A DNA stretch of 64,000 bases, from assembly GCA_951406725.2 (NCBI GenBank), contig OX597815.1:16926001-16990000 (forward strand). The letters are read 5' to 3'. The notes beneath the pieces are model-generated. The model did no database searches. It was not told where the DNA came from and was given only the letters and a program-made list of their open reading frames with translations. Below, one piece after another: positions 39,511 through 53,196 of the stretch. The position numbers and the translations under genes were made by a program. Source of the DNA: Octopus vulgaris (taxonomy: Eukaryota). Position 1 is the first letter of the stretch. Each line of letters opens with the position of its first letter.

Positions 39511-41792
39511 GTGTTAATTAATAGTAGGAGATGGATTTCGTATTAGACTTTTGTTAGTATAATACACACACACATACATATACATATATGCACTTTGTTG
39601 GTGTGATACTGACAATAAACTCAATCATTCGTTATACTTCCCTTTAGTTTTGGCAATATTGTCAACTTTTCACCACACAACTGTGACGTTTTCAATGATT
39701 TCAGATTCTTCAAGAGAATTTTCTCTTGCATGTTCTGGTTGTCAATCATCATCTGATTGTTACGTAACATCAGAGCGTGTAATCAGGTTAGTCTTTTGTG
39801 TCACTGTCTCCGCCATTTTAAAATTTTAATTTGCTTTTTTTTCTTTCTGTTTTGTTGGCACCAACATGAAAGTCCACGTTCGAGCGTTTGCATATTATAA
39901 TTTTCAGGATTGTGTGTATACAAGTGTGAGTGTGCCGGGATGTGTGCGATGATTCAGTTTGGTTGACTTTGATTTTATTTCATCCTCACGCTTGTGTGAT
40001 TGCAATATGGAGGCGGTAGATGGTCGATATGCGTGTTGTTACTCCATTCAGTTGAAACCATCCGTATGCAACCTGTCGGAATATCGGATCTTTTGGATGT
40101 GTTGAAAGAATTTTATTTCAACATTGTTTATCGATTCATCGCATTTCTTTATGGTATGTTGATGTTGGCAAAGTATGGATGTCAGTTTGTTTCAATTGCC
40201 TTCTCGACAGTACTCTCCGATCTTTTCACCTATACTGCGAGCGCTTCTGCCGTAAGGTTAGTGGAGGTGCTTACAGTGGGTTCTAGAGTAGACTTTTAAA
40301 TTACCAGTTGAAGAGAAATTTCGAAGACACAGCGTATCTGTGAGTTAGTAGTTAGCTGGTGTTGCTTAGGGAATCTTTGCTAATATTCGGTTGGCTTTAT
40401 TTCATCCATTTGTTTCTGTGAGTGACATCAGCATTCTCTTAGATTTGAGTGCTTAACTTCATTGTTCCTTTCAGTATTTCTTTGAATTCGGAAATCTTGT
40501 ATATAAAACATTGTCATTTATGCATCAACAGCAATTTGTATTCCACTTAATAGTGACAAGATTCATTAGTTCGTCATCTTCCTAAACTATTTCCGACAAT
40601 TATGCTTCCATTGTTCGCTTCATATGAATTCGGAAGAAACAACATTTCGATGGCAAAGTGTCATTGCTGCTCTTGCCTAATTATAATTAGGCAAGACCAG
40701 AAATTTCTAAATTGAAATATATATAAATCTACTGAAATATGATAAAATACACAGCACTGGGAATTTGAAGAGTGGAATAAGATAGGAAACTCCTTTTGAT
40801 CTAAAGAACTCTATATCCATGGATTATTACCAGTCACGAGATTAAAGGTGTAACTAAACAAGACTCTTCTAACATAATCACATGTTCTTCACACATTTTC
40901 AGTTTTAGCATTCTCGGTAGAAATAGTAAAATGCTGGATACACAGTCTTCTGCTTAAAATTTGTTTTCTCTTTGCGTTCTGGTTTCAAATCCAGCCGCAG
41001 TCGACTTTAACTAGGGTCAATAAAATAAGTAACTGCGCTTTTGTTTGTTCTTGTACAAGTAAGTCTTAGTTTTGCAAGCAGACAAAACATTTACTTCACA
41101 CTATTCGAGATTATTTCTCTCTCTGTCTCTCAAAAATGATATGATGTTATATGAGTAGTCTTATAGCTAATATAAATTAGAATATCAATTTCTAAGTGGT
41201 TGGTAAGAAAGATCATTAAATATCTAATTACATGTCATCACTCTAATAAAACCTAGACTATTCAGAAACGCCCGACACTGTTATCTTTCATGAAAGACTC
41301 TTCTTATCATTCAAACTTGAGACTAATTGAAATCAAATGGAAATAGCTCATTAGATTCAAAAATTGTTCTCTCGTGCCATTCTTTGTAAACATTTTATAC
41401 AGCTTGCAAATCGTTCGGGGCAAGTTTAAATGAATGCCAAAATAGAATACGAAATACCTTTATTTTATGCAACTTGTGGAATCACGAAGTAAAGGAAATG
41501 AAAAAAAATATATATAAAAAGGTAACAGCTCAAAACGTAAATACAAAAGCTTTATGGAATAAAAAATAAATATTTGACACTATGCGATTAAAAATAGATT
41601 TAAAATCTGCTTTTACTGTTTAAGCAAAATATACACAGACGCACAGACGCAGTGGGACGCATTTTTTCAGATTAAAAGTGACTGACTTAAGATTATTTGT
41701 GTCTATGCTAAAAAGAATGAAAAAAAAAAAACTGTCCACATAGTTCAATTTTATTTGTTATTTAATGATTCGTGTGCGTGTACACGTGTATG

Positions 41793-41892
<100 letters not shown>

Positions 41893-42305
41893 CACACATA
41901 TATACATACACCGAACAGTGAGAATGAATGCTCCATACCGCCTTGATTTGTGTGTTATCAAGGCTGCCATTGATTTCATGAATAATGGGAGTTCTTTGCA
42001 ATTTTCAAATTTTTCACATGGGAACAAGGGGAGTCGTCTCCATTTTGGGTGAGAATACATGGAGTTACACAAGACTATACGGCATTTCGAATAAATAAAT
42101 ATACAGATCATGGGAGGTAACTTATAAGGAAATCTTAATTGTTGTCTCCTCTGCATCAGTCCTGGGATTCTTGCAAGGAACTGTGTCCACCATCAGTTAA
42201 TTGATTCCTGAACGATCTTATGTGAAAACGTTCTTGCATGTCCAAATTTATGAATATAAATGCACCCATTTATGAATATAAATATACGAGCGCGAGCACA
42301 CACTG

Positions 42306-42354
<49 letters not shown>

Positions 42355-42850
42355 CTCTCTCTCTCTCTCTCTCTGTCTCTGTCTCACACACACACACACA
42401 ATTATATACACCTGAATTTGTCCGCGTTTGAGTATGTGCACGCAATTGTAGGATTTAACAGATTTTGACGGCAAGATTGGAACATGGTGTTGTAAATTTA
42501 CAAATTCATGTTTGCATGCATTCTGTTCTGTAAATCATGGGATCACGAATATGTGCAATGCACATTTATCTGTATAATAAGGGAATGCAGTGTAAGTTTA
42601 TGGAGGCATATGTATTTTCTTCATAATGTTCATATAATGCTTATAATCGATGTCCAGGCAAAGATTTATCCAATTACCATTCTCAACAATTCTCACCTCG
42701 TTCCTCATCCCCCTGTAAACCCTTTCTTTCCAATGATCATATGCTTTCCCTGCAGGCTTCAGTCTGTCGGTTGAAATTAGAAGTACATTAATCGCAATTC
42801 TCTATTTCTATCTTTGTCCCTCTGCATATGCATATATGCACACACACACG

Positions 42851-43126
<276 letters not shown>

Positions 43127-43182
43127 TCAACCACGTGCTTTCACACACCAACTTTCTTACCTATATATATATATATATAAAT

Positions 43183-43440
43183 AAACAATTGCAGCGTGGA
43201 AGGTGTTTATAAAACATTTAAGAAACACACAAAAACCGTTAGAATCACTTTAACATTTAAATTTAATTCGTGCACGAAATTTTGTCAGTGAACAGGTCGC
43301 GGTCTCAAAGCGACGAAAATATTTTGACAAATTAAATTTAAATGTTGAAGTGAATCTAACGTTTTTTTTTTTGTGTTTCTTAAATGCAATTGTTTTTGTT
43401 TCAGCACACGATCTCAGATCAGGTCACTTGCTATGCACTT
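43183..43440 (+). mobile_element. Foldback element: ~55-bp inverted arms around a hammerhead-like motif (43282-43330)
   Basis: Arms 43215-43268 and 43330-43386; centre ttgtca-GTGAACAG-gtcgc ggtctcaaa gcgac-GAAA-ATATTT-tgacaa; (TA)n on both sides. Confidence 0.65.
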
Positions 43441-43451
43441 ACACATCTCCG

Positions 43452-43534
<83 letters not shown>

Positions 43535-43744
43535 AATGGCCGAAACAAGTTAAAGATAGATATATATGTATATACATAGACACATATACAAATGCCTGTT
43601 TGTAAGTATAGCCACTATCGGCACTTCTAGATTTACGAAAATAGACGAGGAATTCTCCGCATGGTGACTCCATGCACCTTACTGTATTAAATAAATAGCA
43701 TGACAAAGAATAATGTAGGACTAGATGAATAAATTAAGAGTTAT

Positions 43745-44070
43745 GTAGAATGGAGGCATGCGCTGTCATTTGATGCGCTGCATCAGTCATTTGTTGGTGA
43801 TTCTCTACACCTAGCGGCTGACACCTTTGCATCACTTAGACGGCAACCCTCCAACCCATGGGTCTGTCTGTTTTGGTAGTCGTTGCTGGTGAGGATTTTA
43901 CGATGGCGGAATCCAAGTCTGAGCTCAACCTCATTTAGTCACCGTTTACGATACGCAGAGGAAACGTTGGGCTTATTCACACAACACATGAAATGAAGTA
44001 TTTTATTCAAGAACACTGCACGATGCTCGATCTGGCGATCGTGAGTGCAACAACTTAATCACTAGCAGAA
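43745..44070 (-). mobile_element. Degenerate SINE with possible RTE-5'UTR-like body
   Basis: Minus: tRNA/CORE-like remnant 43985-44065, then gtatcgtaaacggtgactaaa resembling the RTE 5' UTR motif gtcgtaagaggcgactaaa. Confidence 0.35.
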
Positions 44071-44365
44071 CAACCGACTGCATAGAACCACCGTCGTTGG
44101 TTCTTATGTGTCTTGTCTTACTTTGTAATTGAGCCAAGGAGAACCTTTCCTAAAATTTCGACTGAGGGTCGAACCGACCGATTTCTGTTGTTATTGAGGA
44201 GTCGTTTGAATTTCTTGTGATACCGAGATAATGTTACTTACTAGAATGTTACAGCTCATTTAAATAATAATCCAATCTTGCTTTCCATGGGCCTTATTTA
44301 ACATCTAGGCGACACGCATATGAATATGTTTGTATATTTCCAACCCAGAGTACAAATGAAATACC

Positions 44366-44582
44366 TATTTCTTTACTAACCACAAAGGGCTAAACACAGA
44401 GAGAACAAACAAGGACAGACAAACGGATTAAACCGATTATATCGACCCCAGTGCGTAACTGGTACTTATTTAATCGACCCCGAAAGGATGAAAGGCAAAG
44501 TCGACCTCGGCGGAATTTGAACTCAGAACGTAGCGGCAGACGAAATGCCGCTAAACATTTCGCCCGGCGTGCTAACGATTCT
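44366..44582 (-). mobile_element. Nin/Deu-domain SINE, slightly 5'-truncated
   Basis: Perfect 18-bp TSD gagtacaaatgaaatacc at 44348-44365 and 44583-44600. Confidence 0.9.
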
Positions 44583-45500
44583 GAGTACAAATGAAATACC
44601 AACGCAGTACAGTGGTTGTACGTAAATACTCCATTTGTACCTTATTAGGTAACAGAGCATGTTGGTATTTCAAATCATGAATGAGCTAGAGATATTTGCC
44701 ATTGCTAATCGAGTTTGACAAAAACTAATTTACTAGATTCTGTTATTGTCCATTTTTATGCTATTATTTCATTAGATTTATGGAGTTTAGCGAAAATAAA
44801 GTAACTTAACTCAACACTTTGGTGATTTACGCCCGTACACCGGAAAGATATATATCAGGTTGAGTGAGATAAATGTTATCAAATAGCCAGTGTTAGCATT
44901 TCGTGTTTCTCAGCATATACCATTAAAACTAGATATCTGATAGAAACTTTTTACCAGTTAAATCAACTATAAGGTAATTATGCTAAATATACTTGATGTA
45001 CATTGTAAAGGAATATTCATAATTAATTATGTAATAGCAACTGAAGTCAGTTAAAGAAACAAAAATCTTTCCAGCATTGTATTACAATTAAGTAAACCGT
45101 ATTTCTATGTGAACTAAAATATGTAGAAAAAAAAATCAGTAAAAATAAAAAAAAACTTTTATAAACACAATTCTTCTCTGCAAAAAAGAAAGTATAAGAA
45201 ATGTCCGCGAATTAAATCAACATAAAACTTGAATAAATAAATAAATAAATAAATAAATAAATCATCTAATTGGAATAAATGTTTAAAACATTGAAAGAAT
45301 ATAAATACGATCACAGAAAACAATGATCAAATATATTCAAAAGAATAAAGAAATTACAAGACGTTGCGTAAGATTTCCGCAATCTCTATTTGTTTATTTA
45401 TAATGCAGCTAAGAAAATGTTTAGCGGCATGTATATATATTTCTATACTAAGTAATTTTATATATGTATACGTATCTTAGATCTAAGACTGATTATTTAC

Positions 45501-45912
<412 letters not shown>

Positions 45913-46524
45913 AAAACGCATACATATGCACATAATTTCGCAGGAGAAAATTTGTCTTCTAGTCAACACGAGGAACAGAAACTAATTAGGATTGCAAAAA
46001 AAACCGTAGAACAAAATGCTAAAAACGGAGTTAATTTCAAGAAAACAAGTTTAAGTCAATTACGAAGGAAAAATCAATTAGTTTTAATTCTAATAGTAAT
46101 TTATTGGCGATGATTGTTTTATCTATTTATATGTTTCAGGTATTATTTAACTTATTGTTCCAGCAAGAAGAACACAGCTGTGTTATTCTCTCACCCTTTT
46201 CACCAATTATTCTATCTATTTCTTTCACTCTAAACATTTTCTATTTGCAATGTATTTATGCAACTCATTCCGAATGTTGGTTTTCAAGGTTTGCTTTTGG
46301 ATTATAACATAAACCACCGAAAGGGAAACATTAGTGAATCCTCATATTACTTTAAACTAAAGTCGATTAAGACTTTCGTCTGAAGAAATAATTTTTAAGT
46401 GAATCAAAAAAGGTTTTTTATTAACATTTCAAAAAGAATACACAAATAGAAATGCACGCACGTGTGCACACTTACGCATGTATGCTTATAATATAAATGC
46501 CTGTATATACTCACACATGCACAA

Positions 46525-46622
<98 letters not shown>

Positions 46623-46667
46623 GTCTGCCTGCCTGCCTGCCTGTCTGTTTGTATGTCTGTCTTTGTT

Positions 46668-46700
<33 letters not shown>

Positions 46701-46899
46701 CTATCTGCATATTGTTTTGGTTAGCCTTCAGTCTGCACCACACACACACACACACACACTCTCTCTCTCTCTCATACATTTATACATATAATATATAATT
46801 TAATTATAAGGATTTATTATGAATCAAGACATAGCTTCGCGTAATACGCCTGAAAATGGTTCGTAAGCAAGCTACTTATCACACAGCCACTCCTGCGCC

Positions 46900-46959
<60 letters not shown>

Positions 46960-47501
46960 GCACACACCCACTTGCACACACGAAGTGCTTTTTAAAAAAC
47001 TTAAATGACGTAACTTGTTTGATGTAGTGCATTTCGCAAGCAATTGTATTTACATATATCTTTCATTGTAATACAATCACATGTTTGCAAAGTTGAATTA
47101 TTTCAAGTTTTTACGATGTGTCAAGATACTGCGATTGTATTCACTGAAAATTTTAATTTTGAAATTTAAGAAAATATTCTGTAAATGTTTTACTTTCTAT
47201 ATTTCTTGTTATTTTAAATTGATTTGCAACGCATAAAACAAATGCGATTCTAAAGTCGTTGTGCTGTATTCATCAAGAGTTCTTGTCTTAGCATTTTATG
47301 TTCTGCGGTTTGGTTGTCTGACCATAAGATATCTACTTGGCTCATCACCAGAGAATGCAACACAGAACTGATCACGAGCGAAACATAGATTTGCCAGTTT
47401 AACTTTTAAAATCTCAAGAAAATGGCCCCAAGACTTGTTGATCGCCATAAAATGGTAGTGCCATTCAGAGATATGTTAATGATCATTTTATAACTATATA
47501 T

Positions 47502-47903
47502 ATTGATTTCAAATTTTGGCACAAAGCCAGCGATTTCAAGGAGGGGATATAAGTTGATTACATCGACCCCAGTGTTCGACTGGTACTTATTTTATCGACC
47601 CCGAAAACATGAAAGGCAAAGTCGACCTCGGTGAAATATGAACTCAGAAAGTAAAGACGGACGAAATAACTATTTCTTTACTACCCACAAGGGGCTAAAC
47701 ACAGAGAGGACAAATAAGGACAGACAAACGGATTAAGTCGATTACATCGACCCCAGTGCGTAACTGGTACTTAATTTAACGACCCCAAAAGGATGAAAGG
47801 CAAAGTCGACATCGGCGGAGTTTGAACTCAGAATGTAACGGCAGACGAAATACGGCTACGCATTTCGCCCGGCGTGCTAACGTTTCTGCCAGCTCGCCGC
47901 CTT
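47502..47903 (-). mobile_element. Chimeric Nin/Deu SINE dimer (full unit 47670-47903 + headless alternative-tail unit 47502-47669)
   Basis: Junction gaaatag|ttatttcgtc is in the same register as the other dimers; the second unit has the 29868-type tail. Confidence 0.8.
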
Positions 47904-50230
47904 CATATTATTATGTAGCATATTGACACTTTTGCCCTCTGTGTCAACTGTAAATAAATTTGGCCAAGGGTCATGGTCAGATTGCCCCAATACATGAAGA
48001 CTGGAACAGTGAAACATCTCTCTATAGTGCAACTCTTTGGCAGAAATATGAAGTCTTGCTTTCGTCACCAGATATAGAATTCTTCGAGGCACTCTCTGAA
48101 CTCATCAACTCGTCCATCCTTTGTGATGATTCCTTCAAAGACTACGTTAAATCAGACTTTCTTGAAATCATTGGAAAGTTGAGAAATAATTATGATTGAT
48201 AGCGAATAATGGATGAAAAATTATGTTCAATGCGTTCATGTATTTTGAAGAGAATTGCATTAAACACGCAAAATTAAAACGCAGTGCAAAGAAACGAGAT
48301 CATTTAAATGTTCAACTTGTAACTGTGCTTGTCCGTCGTGTTTGCCACTAGAGGTTACATGGTAAAAAGAAGTAAGCTAATGATGAATACACACCACCTC
48401 AAAAAAACGTATTTCTGACTGTCATTAAAATGTTGTCCTGCTGGGGGGGGGGTTTCGGAAAGACACGTCTTTTTAACGGATCACCAGTTGGTTAAAGTTA
48501 AATCATAGTACCAATTGTTTGAGGAGTGGTTTTTCACTTTCAGCTTTTTAAATATCTCGGTTAGATGAAATAAAATAGTGTTGCCCACGTCAATATGTCC
48601 GCATCTAGTGCAGGTGTGATTATTTATTCGTCTAACCGGTTTTGTGTCTTGGTTAAAATCGACTGCTTTCATTTATAGTCATACCAAGAAAAACATAAAC
48701 ATAACAGTCCTTTTGTTCCATTGTAATTGTATCTGGCTTTGTGCCTAAGTGGAAAACAAATCAGTTTTGAATGAATTGATTTACTGTGTCACAGGTGAAG
48801 AAATAAGGTACTTCGTGTCAAACCTGATTGAAATTCCAGAGGTTTGATGTATTCAGAGGTCGGCTAGACGTCATTTTTACAATCACATTCAGTTCAGGTT
48901 GGCATCTCTGAAATGGAAATTATGAGAAAATGTTATATATACTGATGTTGCTTGTTCTATAGTAATAAAAAAAATGATGAATTACAACTCAGTGTATTTT
49001 GTAAGGATGCATGGCTGACAGAATTACTTGTTTATCCTTCGAATTCAGAATCACATAAAAAGTAGGAAGATAAATTCATGATTTTTTTTTGTTTTACGAA
49101 ACTATATATCTGTACTTATATATTGGGTATGTATGTATGTATGTATGTATGTATGTATGTATGTATGTATGTATGTATGTATGTATGTATGTATGTACGT
49201 ATGTATGTGTGTGTGTGTATGTATGTATGTATGTATGTATGCATGCATGTATGTGGGTGTGTGTGTGTGTATGTATATGCGTGTGTGTGTGCGTGTGTGA
49301 TATGTATGTAGATATTCTTGCATGAATGTAAATATGTATTTATATGTATGTATAAATATGTATGTATGTATATATGTACGTGTGCGTATGTATGTATTCT
49401 CTTCTGTTCTTAATTATTTGAAATCTGCCTCTGAGAAAGAAGCTGGCTTCTAACAAAGATACACAGCCACCTTGTTGGACTGTTGACAACAAAAGCAAAT
49501 TTACATTTTAAACTCGGGAGAAAGGCTTGCATACTTTTACTGTTCTACTTACAAATTGTATTTGTAAGATACGAGTTAGCTGCTTGATCCCTTTTTCTAA
49601 AAACCTTTACTTATTCAGATTGTCCCTTGGGCACAAAACCAAATGCACCAATTATTATTGGTATAAATGTGAATTTATAAACTGGTATAGAAGCTGGGGA
49701 TTTCGAAGCTAATGTCAAGAGTTATCTTCCCCGAGTTGATGTTTGAGTATGCATTCAATAATAGGGGGATTCCCTGTATTTTATTCCAGGTCTTTTTTTT
49801 TTTCTGAACGGCAACGTCGTGCTGTATAGGGGGGGGGGGGGTTATACTTTGATAACATTTTTTGGGCAGCTGCTAATAATATGTGTTTGTCTTCCACAGA
49901 AATATGACATTATGTAACTTTTCGGTTGCATGTTGTTGCTCCAAGAGAGACTATTTTGGTTACGTGTATTACAGGCACTGAAGGTTTCTGACAACATAAC
50001 CATGTATCGCGTCATCATTTTCTGCGGATTTTTTTATCCACATTCTATTGTCCCCCCCTCCGACAAACACTTGTAGGATTAGAATCAAAACTTGTGGTTA
50101 GTAGTGGTTCATTGAAGTGGATTTACTTCCACCCCAACCCATCATACTGAAGTTTGTCTCTCAATTTTTTGGGTTCATGTTTTGAAGTTATCAGTTGAAG
50201 TGTACAGTCTGTATATTTTAATCAATTTAG

Positions 50231-50665
50231 GGATCTTTTCGGTTTGAACGGCAGTTTTTTTCAAGCGGTGTCATATGAAATTGTCACTCATAATTATGAC
50301 CCTAGAATCGATCTATTGCATTTCTATCTCTTTTAGGGTTAGGGTTAGTTAGGGTTAGGGGTGGGGAAGGGTATCTTTTTTTTTTTTCTTCACAAATGTA
50401 AATAAACCCAATCCGTTTCTTAAATGAGGGACATATTCATACGGCACATACTGCTTTTTTACATCAATAGACTTCATTGATTGGTTGAAATTGCAGAAAC
50501 TGAAGGAAAAAAAAAACAGCAAATATCTTACAAACTATAGAATTTTCTCAATAAAGCCAAGAGAAAAAGAGGTTTTATAAATACATTCTACCAGTATACG
50601 AAGTTTAAAAGTGTTTAGTTACCTGGAAATTATGTTAAAAACTGCCGTTCAAACCGAAAAGATCC
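50231..50665. mobile_element. Telomeric-repeat MITE, copy 2 (opposite orientation)
   Basis: Perfect TIRs GGATCTTTTCGGTTTGAACGGCAGTTTT; TSD caattta(g/t); ttagggttagggttagttagggttagggg near 50333-50361. Confidence 0.85.
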
Positions 50666-50955
50666 CAATTTATTTTTCAGCGGCTGCAATTGACTTGCTG
50701 TAAACTTATTCACCTTAAACTTCATGATGGTAATAAAATGTCTGATTCTATGGCATAAGCGCTTTATGATTTCTCTAGGTTTTGTTACCTTTCTGAATTG
50801 TTCATACTGATCGATTTCATCGCAATGCTAACAACTGATATTTTACGGTGTTCTTTTAGAGTCATATACCACCTGGAAATGAGAGTCCAATAGGTATCAG
50901 TAACGGTTTTTGTATGGTCTTCAGTGATAACGTCAAATAAACTTTTAATATGAGT

Positions 50956-51373
50956 CTGTTTCTTCATTACCCACAAGGAGCTAAACATAGAGGGGACAAA
51001 CAAGGAAAGACAAACGAATTAAGTCGATTACATCGACCCCAGTGCGTAACTTGTACTTAATTCATCGACCCCGAAAGGATGAACGGCAAAGTCGACCTCG
51101 GCGGAATTTGAACTCAGAACGCTACGACGGATGAAAAATCTATTTCTTTACTACCCACAAGGGGCTAAACATAGAGGGGACAAACAAAGACAGACAAACG
51201 AATTAAGTCGATTACATCGACTCCAGTGCGTAACTGGTACTTAATTTATCGACCCCGAAAGGATGAAAGGCAAAGTCGACATCGGTGGAATTTGAACTCA
51301 GAACGTTGCGGCAGACGAAATACGGCTACGTATTTCACCCGGCGTGCTAACGGTTCTGTCAGCTCGCCGCCTT
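50956..51373 (-). mobile_element. Nin/Deu-domain SINE dimer
   Basis: Full unit 51140-51373 and headless unit 50956-51139; diverged TSD ataa(a/g)cttttaa(t/c)atga. Confidence 0.85.
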
Positions 51374-53137
51374 ATAAGCTTTTAACATGAGAGTCATCAT
51401 TCTTTAACATCACTCATTAAAAAAAAAGTGTTCTTTAATGATAGCTTAGAGAAAGTGAAAAAAAATCAAACTGTAATTTTATGTTTATTTAAACAGTAAT
51501 TATTCCATAATCATCTCTGTCGGAGCAGTTTCATGCCGAGATATATGAAAGGTGTTGAGTTGACAGTAGTTTTTATGGTTCTTTTCTACGGTAGGTTTTG
51601 ACTGGGTTTTGGATGTCTTCACAGTGTGTTGAATAACATGGTTTTGCAAAAAAAAAAAAAAAAAAAATCCTGCTTGTGAAAGCCATTTTTTAGGCACCGG
51701 AAACTGCATGTCAATAACGCTGTTTAACCGTGAAACGGTTTAAGCTTTGGTAAAAATTCTCATAGTAACTTATAAACCACTTTATGTAACCGAAAGATAT
51801 ATTTTCACAGAGACATCAGGTAGCTTTCAACTTGTTCTTCTGAAGGGTGTCTTTTATACAAATAGTTTCGTTTTGATAGAAACAGAGTAGAATTTACTTA
51901 AAATGTGAAGTGAGAATATTTACATCACCTGAAGTAGTTCACATATCTGTTAACATTGTTGATGTCGGCATTAGTATGTTTATCAATATCAGCCAGGCTT
52001 CAGAAAAGTGAAATTCTGAGCTATAAAATGTGTTTTTGTGAAATAGTTTAAATATGTTCAATGTTTTTCGCTTAATCATAATTGGCGAAAAAAAAAAAGA
52101 AAACAAAACGTGAAAAAATAAAATAAACAAAGTATTACTTATTTAGACAAAATTAGATCGGGGTAATTGTCGATTATTCATAATTTCTGAAAAAAAATTA
52201 AAAAATAAGGAAACAATTACATATTTAGTTTGAGATAGGTTAGAAATGTTCAAAAATATATCTTAAACGGCCTTCTACGCTTCCATATCTGTTGTATGTA
52301 TACATACACACACACACACACATGTATGTATTTATGCATTCATACATATATGCATAAATACATGTATGTTTGTATGTATATATACGTATGTGTATACTTA
52401 TGTATGTATGATGTTCCAAGCCTATTTTCGAATTTTCTCAGCATTCGAGAAAGAGCCTAGAAACAAAGCTCTTTCATTGGAATTTAACAACATCAGCGGG
52501 GAAGTCATGCATGGAAATACAGGAATATATACATGCATGTACACATGCAAATATATGCACATACATATATTGACATACCGTGTACACATAAATACAAGCG
52601 TGAATTTATAGATGATTATAGCATTAGAGAATGCGTATGTTTTTACTTAAGTAAGTGTACATAAGCAAATGTACGTAAGTGAATATCTATTTGCCTTTAC
52701 TCATGTATGTGCACTCTTACATACTAAACATCTGGAATGTTTTACATATTTTCACAATGCATGTATGCATGTATCTATATCTTTCTTTGCTATTTATTTT
52801 ATTCGAAGAATTCAAACCGATTTTAGCAAAGTGACAAGGTTTCTTTGTTACTGCTCAGCTAGTTCCAGCGATTGTTAAGTGTATGAATTAGCGTGTGCAA
52901 ATTTGTGATTATATGTGTGAATATACATGCATGTCTGTACATATGTATGTATGCACGTGTGAATCTATATGTGTTTGTATGTATGAGTGTGCGTGACATG
53001 CGTGTATATTTAAACATTTGTATGTAATATGAATGTATGCATGTTTGCAATTATATATTATATATATATATATATATCATATATATATGTATCATATATA
53101 TATATTATATATATATATATATTATATATATATTATA

Positions 53138-53196
<59 letters not shown>

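Noticed and set aside
39720-40620. Penelope RT/GIY-YIG remnant on minus
   Set aside because: Only faint motif hints; I could not reconstruct a convincing frame.
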